The notes beneath the pieces were generated by a model that ran no database searches, had not been told where the DNA came from, and worked only from the letters and a program-made list of their open reading frames with translations. Positions 52,736-64,000 of a stretch of DNA of 64,000 nt are shown piece by piece. Made by a program: the position numbers and the translations under genes. The stretch's first letter is position 1; the number at the start of each line of letters is the position of its first letter. The stretch is from Lama guanicoe (lineage: Eukaryota): the NCBI GenBank assembly GCA_013239625.1, contig MU054117.1, positions 5,235,514-5,299,513 of the forward strand, read 5' to 3'.

Positions 52736-54824
52736 CAGAGAACTTCCTAGTTTCCCTTTGATGCCTGTCAAGTGGATGAATGGACAGTTTCCCCTAGTAG
52801 TGCACCTGAGACCAAAGTTGGTATCAGTGAATCAGTTTGACTGAGTTCATTCCACTGTTACTCTGCAAGTTACAGAGAGGTAGTGTTTGCAATTTTTCTT
52901 CCATCCAATTATCTTTTTGTTTTTCATGGACAGATTCTACAGCCTTATCTTCTATGGTACTTCTGTTAACCTGAGAGTTTCACGTGCTTTCTCCTCAGTC
53001 AGGCTGTTACTAGCTGGAACTTCCTGATTACCTCCTGTTACTGCATCAGAGCATTGGTCTCTGGGACATCCCGAATCTCAGCAAAACATGAAAGTAGTAG
53101 GATCACTACCAAGGTAGCATCACTTCTTGTGGCATTTTACACCAGGACCCTGAAGAAGATGGTAGCTTCACTGTCCGTCTTGCTCAGGTTCACCTTTCCC
53201 AGTGAGTTCCTCAATAGCAGCTTAGTTCTTCTAAACCCTAGACTCGCTGAGGGCTGGTTCTAGGTATTTATAGCCCAGTCCACTCAAATACATCTCTCGA
53301 TCATCTTATCTGCAATTCTTTCTCCAATTCTTAGTGCATTCTACCTCAACTAGAGCAAGGTATTGAAGGGAGAAGAGGTGTTGATGAGTTGAAGGATAGG
53401 GAAGGTCAAAATAAGAGCGAGGACTAGAAAAATAGAATTCCAATATGTAAAAATTCACAAAGTACATAGTTTCCAGGAGCAACAGGACCGAGGGAGAGGC
53501 CGTGGGTGTGAGTTGATTTTATCGATTTTCCTGGTCAACTGTAAGTCACTCCTCAGGTATCAGTTTAGATATTCCTTCCAAAAAGCAGCTTCCCTTGTGT
53601 GGGTTCAACCTCTTGGCCGTCCCTCCTCCGTATCAGCTTCTTGTTACTCACTGTGGTTTTCCTTCCTACTTTTTCACATATACTGTTAAATAAATAAATG
53701 TAGTCCATATATACATATGTTTGTTTATGTGTATATTTGTATAACGTCTCACTCCCAGCTAGACTGTGAGCACCGTGACATCAGGGATAGGGCTATGATG
53801 TTCACTGCTTTATCTCCAGCTCACAGCAGTGCTTATGTGCAGTGGTGGGGAGTAGATGCTTAGCAAATGCTAGCTGACGGTGTGTCATGGGCTGCACCAG
53901 TAACTTGCAACTTTTACCTAAGTGAGCATTCGTAGCTTGTGAGCACTTTTTATTTCCACCTCCCCTTGCTCCTTTCTGTGGTGTGACTGACAGTAAAAGC
54001 ATTAAAAATGAAAAGAGAATGAGTACATGTATTAGGGAGAGCAAAGGTAAGATAGATTTGGGGTTAAATATCATGTTACATCAAGCTATGAATAAGGAGA
54101 CATTCCAAAAGAGGGGATGGGTGGGTGCTGGAAAAAAATTGTACAGGAGCGTCAGCCAAATAGCTCTGGCCCCTGAGCCCCAGCCCGGCCCTCAGGGCAG
54201 GACTGCTGGCCTGGGCAGCTGCAGAGAGGAGAAGAGATCGGGTCTGAAAATACTCTGAGACTCCACCCCCTTCTCACCCGGGAGAGGGAGCATGTACTCC
54301 CGGGACATGTGAGTGCTGGACAGAGTGGCCCTACGAGCTGAGTAAGATCCCCGATGGGGAAACGTTATGTTCTGTCAAAGCCCCTTGTTCTCTTGAGCCC
54401 CTCTGTTATCTCCAGATCGAGCAGTGGGGAAGGACCAACACTCTCACCTGCCCAACGTGGTGGTTCCCACCTCATCCCCTCCATGTTCACCTGTGATCTC
54501 CTGTGCTCCTGGTCCTCATTTTCTGCTGGCCTGATAATTATTCTTGTATTTCAAGCCTTCGTGTGCTTCTCTGGCTATGAGCTCAGTCACAGGGACAAAC
54601 AGTGGTTAATTCTGCAGGCAACTGATCCCTGCACCCTGACCCCGGGACGTCTCACATCCGCGGCAATCCGCCAGGATGATCGGGCTGGAGAAAGGCACTC
54701 TTGCTTGTTGATGCAGCTTTTGTAAACCAGTTCCGGTCCCCGGTGCTGGTTCTCAGGGACCTACAGAAGCGTAAGGGCAAAGGACCCTGTTGCTCTTATA
54801 AGGAGATGTTGAAGAGTCAGAAGC

Positions 54825-55009
54825 TAATTGGTGTTCGAGCTTCAGACAGTGGCAGATGAAGCCTCCGATAGCATCTGAAATGGTAAAATGAGCCTCTATT
54901 GGCTGTCAGGAGGGAGGATGTGAGGGGACGGGTCTATATAGACCTGTGTCAGTGCCCTGATGCCTCCTCGCAGGGGTAACTGTGCAGCTGGGACTGTGCT
55001 GTTGATGAC
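54825..55009 (+). promoter_or_regulatory. Putative proximal promoter and 5' UTR of WC1 copy 2
   Basis: Reverse CCAAT boxes at ~54827 and ~54898, TATATAGA at 54935-54942, about 70 bp before the ATG. Confidence 0.5.
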
Positions 55010-55094
55010 ATGGCGGTCAAGATGGCTCTGAATGGATATCTCTTCCTTCAGGGACTCTGTTTTCTCCACCTCAGAATCATGGTCGGGGGTCAAG
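55010..55094 (+). CDS. WC1: WC1 copy 2 exon 1, signal peptide
   Basis: MAVKMALNGYLFLQGLCFLHLRIMVGGQ G|gtaagt; in-frame ATGs at 55010 and 55022. Confidence 0.87.
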
Positions 55095-58000
55095 GTAAGT
55101 GCCGTCCCCCTTTCCTGGATCAACAGCAGGGGGTGGACACCTTGGTGAAGGGAGGGGTCCCTGGACCTGTGGTGCTGAAGCCCCAGTGTAGACCGTGTGT
55201 TTTTGGCCAAGAAGGAACCACGCTGACTGTGAATATTGCTTCCTCTCCTGTGAAGGGTTGAATGGTTATAGCAGCAGGTTATACAGAGAAATGAATTTGG
55301 TCTGGACTGAGGTGGGTCAGTTTCAGTCCCCTCCACTGTCTCCCTTGTTTTCAGGGAGCATCTGCTGAGTCCCCGTGGCCCCCAGTGTGTGAAGGTCCAG
55401 CGAGTGACCTCAGCTGGGACTCCGGGCTGTTCCCCACACACTCCTGCTCTGTAGGGGACTGCCCCGTGGGATTTCCATGTTTTGTGCATTTGTGCTCCCT
55501 TAGGCTCTGTGCTTGTGCGTGTGTGTTTGTGTCTGTGTCTGTGTGTAGGGTGTGTGAGGTGTGTGAGAGGAACAGGGCTGCCGAGAAGGGACTGAGTTAG
55601 TTGGTCTGTGAAACACCCGGTGCCCGCACGGTTGGGTGTCATGTCAGCTGCATGTACCCAGATCGTAGATAATCTCGCACCTGCCTGCCCCTCTCTGGTT
55701 CCTCTCCTTCACCCCCACGGCCTCCCCTCTGCTTGTAGAGTGCCTGCCTAGCACTGGCTCTGGGAGGGGTCCTGCCTCCCAGCCTCACTTACTCCTCCCA
55801 GTGTCCCTTGTAGGTCAGAGGACCCTGCAGCCAAGAGTGGGGACGTCTTGTTTATAGTGATTAGCTGACGCTCAGCACCACTTATATACAGGTTCTCGAG
55901 TCCCTGCCCCGGTACCTGGGGACTGTTTTCTGCTATGCTGGACTGGTCCTTTCCACTCCCTAGGATCCGTTGTGAGGCCTTTAGCTGCATTTTCTCCCGT
56001 GCCCTCTTTTTTCTCTCCTTGTAAGTGGGTTTCCACTGAGGGAGAGGACAGCAGGCATCCGGGTTAGTGCTGCTGAAAATCTGGTTCTTAGCTTTTAGGA
56101 CACAGCTCTTCCAGGTTTGGGTGCTGGAACAGCTGAGACCACATACACACCTGTCTCCTCTCAGTGCTCATTATTGTACCCTAAGACCTCAGTCTCTCGG
56201 TCCCATAATTCTGCTTGGGAAACCCCATCCCCTCAAGTCTCTGCTCCGCCAGTGTTGACCAGATGCTGGTGAAGATTACCCTCCTGATGGCTCTCGCGTG
56301 CAGAGGTGGGTTTTGGTCCCATGAAATGGGGGGAGATAATGAGCATTCTGATACCAAGTCCCCGCCTCTTCCTCGGAAAACTGTAGGCAGTTTCCTCAGC
56401 AGTTCCTTGAGGAGCAGGAACATTTCACTGAAGCCAGCAGTGTGTTTGTTTTCTTCGAAACACCATTCAGATTTATTCTACCAAAAATTTATTCTTCAGC
56501 TTCATACAGCAGTGGACTTGCTCCTTGTGAGATGGTTGTCCTCGTCTCTCTGAACGTTGGATGATCTGAGGTGGGCACACATTACAGGAGTCTCCACCTT
56601 GAAATCCACGATGGGCATTGGCAAAAAATTACCCCTCCAAGCACAATGTGCAACACTAGACCCAATAACATTGACCCACAACATTAAATAATTCAGGATA
56701 TATTATTTTGTAACTTGTTTGTATAATGAATAATATATTTTAGACATTTTTCTATGCCACTAACTATTCCCTTATAAACACTAAAACATTTTATTGTAAT
56801 ATTACAAAAATATAGGATATTATAGGGATAATATTGAAATTTTTAATTGTCTCCAATTATTATTTTGTGACTGAAACTCAATATGCTCAGCTAATCATGC
56901 TGTGCTGGGCATTTTTGTTTTCAATGTTTTGGCTATTATGGAGAAAGCTGCTCTGAACTTCCCTGTAGTTAAATGTAAGCACCACCTACGAGTGTTTCTC
57001 TTAATCACATTCTAAGATTGGAATTACTGGTTTATAGGCTAGGAATACTTTTAAGGCTTTTGACAAAGAGACTAATCTCTGTGGGAAATGTTTGCACTGA
57101 ATTTTATTAGCTCTATTCTGTATCAGAATGTTAGTTTCCACGTACCTTTCCCAACATTGTCTTTTTATCACGTTTTTACATCTTTGGTAGTTTTGCAGGC
57201 AAAAGCTGGCATATATTAGCCAATTTAATCCTTCATTTGTGAATGACTTGCTGATGACATTTGTCCTTTTTAACTGGGGATGTTTGTCATTTCTGTCATG
57301 ATTTCTATTGTGGCTCCTTCTACCATGACTGCTGCTGCCACCGACCCCCCAGACCCCACATCGCATTCCCTCTCGTGGGCTCATTTGCAAGCCTACAAGG
57401 CAGAATATATTTATTTCAAAAAGCAGATCAGAAAACTGAGGGAAAGCAAAGTGAAACCCCTTGCCTAAGGTGAGACAGGCGGAAGCAGTAGAGGCAAGGT
57501 TTGAACCCAGGCAGTTTGGGTCCAGAGTCCTTGTCCCTGTGAACAATTCCATTTGTTAAGCTGACAATGTTTCCCTCAGCTGATTGGTTTCATTTTACCT
57601 TTTCTCTGTTTTCAGATCCATGGAAGTTTCTAATATTAACCATCTATAAAATTTCCCTTTTATGTTTCTGCTTCCGAAGCGTCATTAAGAATATTCTTTT
57701 CCATTTCAAGTTTGAATAAATGATTGTATGTATTTTATAAATATATTTAAATATATTACAACACTAATAACTGTGAAAGTTATTTTATATAGGTATGAAT
57801 TTATTTGTAATTTTACTTTGTTTTTTACTATATAATTCCTGAGTTTTGTCTTTTTGTTTTCTCACTGATTTCAATGCCGCATAAAGAAACATGGTAAATG
57901 ACACCACTGCATTTTCCATACCTGCTTTTTGGAATTTATTTAGACTTTCATTCCACAAATGTTTATTGATTTACAGATAACCTCGTAGGGTATTGAATTC

Positions 58001-58449
58001 ATACCGTTTGCACTTCACTAGGTGCTGGGGCCCCAGTGGTGATGAGTGAAGCGCTCCCTGGCCTGTAAAGCTAGTGAGGCTGGGCACCAAGACAAGAATT
58101 TATAATAAACTCTGACAAGTGCCATCAGCAGGGACACCAGCAGCGTTTCTGAATCTAGCTGGGAGAAGCCGAGAAGGCTTCCTTAAAGAAGTACAATTTA
58201 AGCGGAGGCCATGCATTCTGGAAATGAAGTTGTTTACTATTTACAATGTATGGTATCGTTAATAGTGTCTAATATATAAACCCATGTTTGCACACATGTT
58301 TCCTATAGGTCACTTTTATACAACATGATTTATTTTAAATAGTTTATTTCAACAATCAAATGCTGAGGCATATACACTAAGCCTCCATAACTATTATTCT
58401 GTCATGTTTTCCTTGTATTTGCAAAACCTTTGTCCTATATGTATATATT

Positions 58450-61130
58450 TTCTATTTTACAGCTTTATTGAAATACAATTTGTATATAATATTCTGTAAG
58501 TTGCATAATGTGATGATTTGAAATAGATGTATATTATGGAATGATATCTATCATATCACAGAGCTAGCTTTTTGTGTGAATTATGAGAACCTTTAAGATT
58601 GACTTTATTAGTAACATTCAAGTATAGAAGCCCGTATTATGAACCTTAGTCACGTGTACATTACATCCCCAGAACTTATTATGTTATAGGTAGAAGTTAG
58701 TGCCGTGTAACCACTTTCACCCATTTTCCCCTCCACCAACCCTGCCCAGGCACCACCCATATACTCTGTTTCTATGAGTTCAGCTTCTTTTGGATTCCAC
58801 ACACAGATAAGGGAGATCAAACAGTATTTGTTTTTCTCTGTCTTGCTTATTTCATTTAGCATAAGGCCCTCAAGGTCCATCCATGTTGTCCCAAAGGCAC
58901 AATTTCCTTCATTTTTACATGTATATCCATACCACCTACGCCTGTGTATACCTGTATCTAAATCTACAGATATACCTAGAAATCTCTCTCTATACNNNNN
59001 NNNNNNNNNNNNNNNNNNNNNNNNNNNNNNNNNNNNNNNNNNNNNNNNNNNNNNNNNNNNNNNNNNNNNNNNNNNNNNNNNNNNNNNNNNNNNNNNNNNN
59101 NNNNNNNNNNNNNNNNNNNNNNNNNNNNNCTTGCCAACCACTGTTATCTGTTGTCTTTTTGACAAGAGCCATTGTAAGAGGGGTGAGGTGATAGCTCGTG
59201 GTTTTGATTTGCTTTTTCCTGATAGTGATGTTGAGCATGTTTTCATGTACCTGTTGCCATTTGTTTATCTTCTTTGGGAACAATGTGTATTTATATCCTT
59301 TGCCTATTTTAAAATCAGATTATTTGTGTCTGTGTGTGTGTTTTTGCAGTTGACTCACGAGTTTCTCATATATATTGGATATTAACCTCTCTCAGACATG
59401 TAATTTGTAAGTAGTTTTTTCTATTCCATAGGTTGTCTTTTTATTTTGTGGATAGTTCCTTTTGCTCCACAGGAATTGTTTAGTTTGATGTGGTCTCACT
59501 GTTTATTTTGATTGTGTTGCTTGTGCTTTAGGTGTCATATCCAAAAAATTATTGACAAGACCCACGTGAAGAAATTTTTTCCTAAGAGTTTTATGGTTTC
59601 AGGTCTTAAATGGATTTAAGTCTTTTGTGCATTTTGAGTTAACTTTAGAGAGTAGTGTAAGATAGAGGTTCTAGTTTCCTTCTTTTGCACGTAAATATCC
59701 AGTTTTCCCAACACCATTGATTGGAAAGACTCTCTTTCTTCATTGAGTATTCTTGGCTTGCTAGTCAGACATTAGTTGACCTTATATGCACGGGTTAATT
59801 TCTGAGCCCTCATTCTCTGCTGTTGGTCTGTGTGGCTATTTTCATATCTTTGCTCCATGGTTTGATTACAATAGTCATGGCGTATAGTTAGGAATCACAA
59901 ATCCAGCTTGGTTTTTGTTGTTGTTGTTTTCTCAAACATTGCCTTGACTGTGAGGTCTTTCGTGTTTCACAATGAAGTTTAGTATTTTTCTTCTATTTCT
60001 GTGAAAAAGCCATTGGTCTTGATAAGAATTACATTGAACTTATAGATGGCTTTGGGTCGGATGCACATTTTAACAATATTAAATCTTCTAATTCATGAAC
60101 ATGGGATAGTTTTCCATTGATTTGTGTCTTCCTCAATTTCTTTCATCAGTCTTATACTTTTTATAAGATCTTTCACCTGTTGTAAAATTATTAAGTACTT
60201 TATTGCTCTTGATATAATTTTAATGAGATTATCCTCTTCATTTTTTCCCAATGTTTCACTGTTAATGTATAGAAGTGAAAATGGTTTCTGTACATTGATT
60301 TTGTCTCGTGTGACTTTGCTTAATTTGTTTATTCGTTCTAACAGTTTTTTACCTTGGTTGGAGTGTTAAGGTTTTTTACATATATAGCATCATGTCATGT
60401 ACAGAGACAATGTTAATCCTTCCCTTTCAGTTTGGATGCTTTTATTTCTTTTTTAGCTTAATTGCTCTGGCTGGGACTTCCAGTACTATAAGAATGGAAT
60501 AAGAGTAGACACACTTGTCTCATTTCTGATCTTAGAGGAAAAGCTTTCAACCTTTCATCATTGAGTGTCATATTAACTCTGAGCTTCTCATATATGGTCT
60601 GTATTATGCTGAGGAATATTCTTTCTATATCTAAGGTTTTAAGAGGTTATTAAATTTAAGGATATTAAAATTTGTCAGATTTTTTTTCCTGCTTCTAGTG
60701 AAATGATCATGATTTTTATCTTTCATTCTGTTAATATAGTGTATCTCATATATTGACTTGCATGTTTAAGCATCCTTGCATCCTAAGGATTAATCTCATC
60801 TGATCATGGTGTTTAGTCCTTTTAATGTGTGTTGAATTCAGTTGGCTATATTTGTTGAGAATGTTTGCATTTATATTCATCAAGGTCATTGGCTTATAAC
60901 TTTCTTTCCTTGGAGTGTCCTTACATGGCTGTGGTCTCAGGTTAATGCTGGCCATGTAAAATGACTTTGGAGGTGTCCGTTCTTCAGTCTTTTGGAATAG
61001 TTTAGAAAGGATAAGCATTATTTCCTCTTAAATATTTGGTAGAATACACCAATGGAAACATCTGTTCCTGGCCTTTCCTTTGGGAGATGTTTAAGTACTG
61101 ATTCAATCTCTTTTCTCAGTATTGATGTTT
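58450..61130 (-). mobile_element. LINE-1 3' portion in WC1 copy 2 intron 1 (same insertion as 22780-25620)
   Basis: Near-identical to the copy 1 element; minus ORF LILSKLFQKTEERTPPKSFYMASINLRPQP is L1 RT-like. Confidence 0.85.
58996..59129. other. Assembly gap (134 N)
   Basis: Run of n characters. Confidence 1.
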
Positions 61131-61878
61131 TTCAGTATGCTGAGGCCTCCCTCAGTCCCTTGTCATGCAGGTCTCTCCACACACAGCTGACAACATGGCA
61201 GCTGGCTTCATCAGAGCAAGGGAGAGCAAGATAGGGCAGCAAGGGAGAGCAAGATAGGGCAAAAAGGGAGAAAGCAGAGTCGTCTTAAAAGCTAATCTCT
61301 TAAGTGACAACTCTTTACTTTTGCCAAATCCCATTTGTTAGATGCATGTCATGAGGTATAGTCACGTGTAGGGGGTCACACAGGGACATGGATACCCAGA
61401 GGAAGGCTTCTTAGGGACGTTTTAGAGGCTGCTTATCACAGTCCTCTGTTCCTAAGCTACATGAGAATGCCACGGATGGGACAGAGAAAGAGAGGGAAGC
61501 TTTCTCCCTGGCATCATGGGCCGTGAGCTGTAACTGAGACAGGGGGTCTGGGCCCCTGGTGGTCTTGGGCATGTCTCCTGGGAGGGCAGCATCCAGAGTC
61601 CTCTGAAGGCCTGTCCTTGGTGGTGTCCCTGGAGCTGGGCTCTACAGGCTTGAGAGAAATAATTGAGTGTATCCCTTCCCAGCCCTGTGTCCAGTGATGC
61701 CACACTGGTAGCTTAGAAATGAGCACTGTGGGAATATTTGCACCATAGAAATTAACAAATCCTATAGACCAGGCATTTTTTTCCCCTCAGAGAGCTCTTT
61801 TTAAAATATTTGTACCACCGCATTGTCTCCTAAAATCTCTCCTATGTCTTGTGTTCTGTGTCTGTGTCTCTCTTGCAG

Positions 61879-62199
61879 CTCTGGAGCTGAGGCTGATGGA
61901 TGGAAGCCACCGCTGCGAGGGGAGAGTGGAAGTGAAGCACCAAGGAAGATGGGGCACCGTGAGCCAGTACCTCTGGGACTTGCAGGATGCAGCTGTGGTG
62001 TGCAGACAGCTGGGATGTGGAGATGTTTTTCAGGCTCCCATAGCATCGTATTTTGGACCAGGGGTTGGCCCCATTTGGCTTTTGAATGTTTCCTGTGAAG
62101 GGACAGAGTCAGCTCTCTATGACTGTTCTAAAAATCCTATTAAAGACTACACTAGTGATGGCTGGTCCCATAATTGGGAAGCTGGAGCAGTCTGCTCAG
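61879..62199 (+). CDS. WC1: WC1 copy 2 exon 2, SRCR domain a1 (gene continues past the window)
   Basis: ALELRLMDGSHRCEGRVEVKHQGRWGTVSQYLW...HNWEAGAVCS; open frame, 321 bp, intact splice sites. Confidence 0.95.
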
Positions 62200-64000
62200 G
62201 TAAGACCTGATCAGTGTGGGAGGGGACCCCCAGCAGGAAGAGCCTCAGTCTCATTCCCAGAATAACTGTGAGCCTTCAGAGCACACCTGGGTGAAGACTC
62301 CAGTAACACAGTGCTTTCTTGAGGATTAGGTGCTCAAGGCAGCATAAGGGCTGTTTGGCCCTGGGCAGTAAAGGCCCCAGACCTATGGGTCCCTGGGCCC
62401 TCAGCGCTCTGTGATGTGTTTCAAGAGGCAGAGTGCTGAGGTTAAATGTTTCACAGAGGTACAACTGCTGAGCTGGACCTCTGTGACTTAGTTCCATCAT
62501 GGGAGCTGTTTTGTGTTCGTTTATGAGATGGTCGGTCCGGTGCAGGTACGAGAGAGGGGCGACAAACACAGTTAATTGTACTCCTGGGTCCTAGAGGGAC
62601 AGAGTCGCCACGCGCCATAAGGGAGATACGTGGGGGATGTGCCAAGGGAGCAGACTCAGCCAAGCACGGGGAGCCAAAAGAGAGAGTGAAGACCTGTGAA
62701 CATGTGACAATATTGGGCGTCAGGGTGGAGTTACACAGGCAAAAGGGGTGAAGGGATTTCACTGGTGCATCTGAGCATCACTAGGTCACAGTCAGGGGAG
62801 GGAAGACAGGGGATTTGTGGTGGGGGTTAGTCTTTGCTCATTGCTGCTCCTGGTCACCTGGGTGGGGTGCTCACATCAGGTTTGTGGGGATTTTGAGGCA
62901 GCAGGAAAATATAAAGTTCTAAAATCTACAGTGCAGTAGCTGGAGGAAAGCAAGTATTAATGGCAGTGAGGACAAGAGAACTGGAAAGTGACTCATAAGA
63001 AGTGCTCCATCCTGTCTAAGTGTGTCTGACCAGAGCCAAGGTGGAGGCAGTAAAGACAGCAGTGAACCTAGAGTGTGAGTGAGTGGTCAGAGAATTTACC
63101 AGAGATGTGTCCAGTTGGTATTACAAAGATGGATGAGATGTCCAAGACATAAATCCCATGAGAACACCTGGAATGGAGGAAGAGATCAGATATCATAGTG
63201 AATTCCCTAATGCTTGTGGTTGGGTCCTAGAAGAGGACCAGCTAATCTGAAGGGATGATGGGATGGGGGAGCCCGAAGGACATTTGCAATAAGCCCTCAG
63301 TAGCCAATGCCAATCAGCTCTTTTGTGTTCTGTTGGGGACGATCATCGGAAAAGGGATCTTTTCCAGCCTCACTTTCCGCAGACCTTTGATAATACTCAT
63401 TTAGGGTCCTAAGAAAATAATGACTTTCATTTTGAAGCTAGTTTATTGAGGTGTGATTGACATACAGAAAGCTGCACCTATTTAATGTTTACAACAACTG
63501 CTAGGTTATCAAGAGAAATGACTAGGACCTCCCCTTCTCTCTCCTGTGGCTCTCTGAGCTTTCTCAACACAACTTAACAGATTCATCTTCTTCCCGTTTT
63601 GAGTCACCTAAGAAATTCATGGGAATGTTTTGTCTCCAAAAATTATCAAAAAATAAAACTTTATGCAATAAAAGTGGATTGGTTACAATGTGTGTATTTT
63701 TTCTCTTGAGCCATCATCTATCTGCAGGTCAACTTGCACTCATGGATCCAGCCCTCGGGATTTTCTCTACCTAAATCAATGGAGGATTGGCTCTTTGGAG
63801 AGAAATCTGATCAGAATATCAATCCCATAAGACTCAGGATGGTTTTCTAACTTTGTCTGGATGATGGGTCTCTACTGTCACAGCCCAGGTCCCTGTGGGT
63901 TGATTCTATTCTTCATATCTCTGTACTCAAATTTGAGTGTGCAGAAGTTTATGTATTACTGATGTGGGCTCTGTAGGCCCAACGATCTTAAATTAGAAAT

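Larger units (their letters stand above)
46244..64000 (+). repeat. Tandem segmental duplicate of ~13370-30130 (upstream region through intron 2 of WC1)
   Basis: Collinear blocks: 13371~46244, 15170~46502, 15830~49400, 18480~54165, 26349~61879, 29670~63510. Confidence 0.92.

Noticed and set aside
54896..55642. 248-aa antisense ORF over copy 2 exon 1
   Set aside because: Runs through a TG-rich tract, and the paralogous copy 1 sequence is split across frames, so it is not conserved as coding
50586..61265. Small copy-specific tandem duplications (19 bp at ~50586-50621; ~23 bp at ~61220-61265) and the TCTA-type microsatellite at ~49606-49652
   Set aside because: Ordinary slippage events with no spacer structure; not CRISPR-like and no sign of function

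Overview
Mammalian genomic DNA, probably a camelid, judged from one tRNA-derived SINE at 9116-9242 (inference). The window holds: (1) the last five coding exons and 3' UTR of PEX5 (+, 13-~3190); (2) a repeat-rich spacer with candidate CTCF sites; (3) a complete WC1-family (group B SRCR, gamma-delta T-cell co-receptor) gene on + at 19328-44438, which splices into 15 coding exons and 917 codons: signal peptide, six SRCR domains a1-b-c-d-e-d', transmembrane helix and a tyrosine-motif tail; (4) an antisense processed SMYD2 pseudogene with target-site duplications inside WC1 intron 4; (5) the 5' part of a second tandem WC1 paralog (signal exon 55010-55094, a1 exon 61879-62199) that continues past the window end. 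The most informative signal comes from comparing the two paralogs. Their a1 exons differ far more than the adjacent introns (22 of 107 aa, 38 of 321 nt). Identity is layered along the duplicated unit, a 178-bp micro-inversion separates the copies, and copy 1 has lost the canonical ATG and the TATA-like box. No prokaryotic features, CRISPR arrays or rRNA/tRNA genes were seen. Nothing here is a wholly new gene family; the novelty is a lineage-specific, apparently diversifying WC1 receptor array. Repeat family names and boundaries are from recall and approximate.
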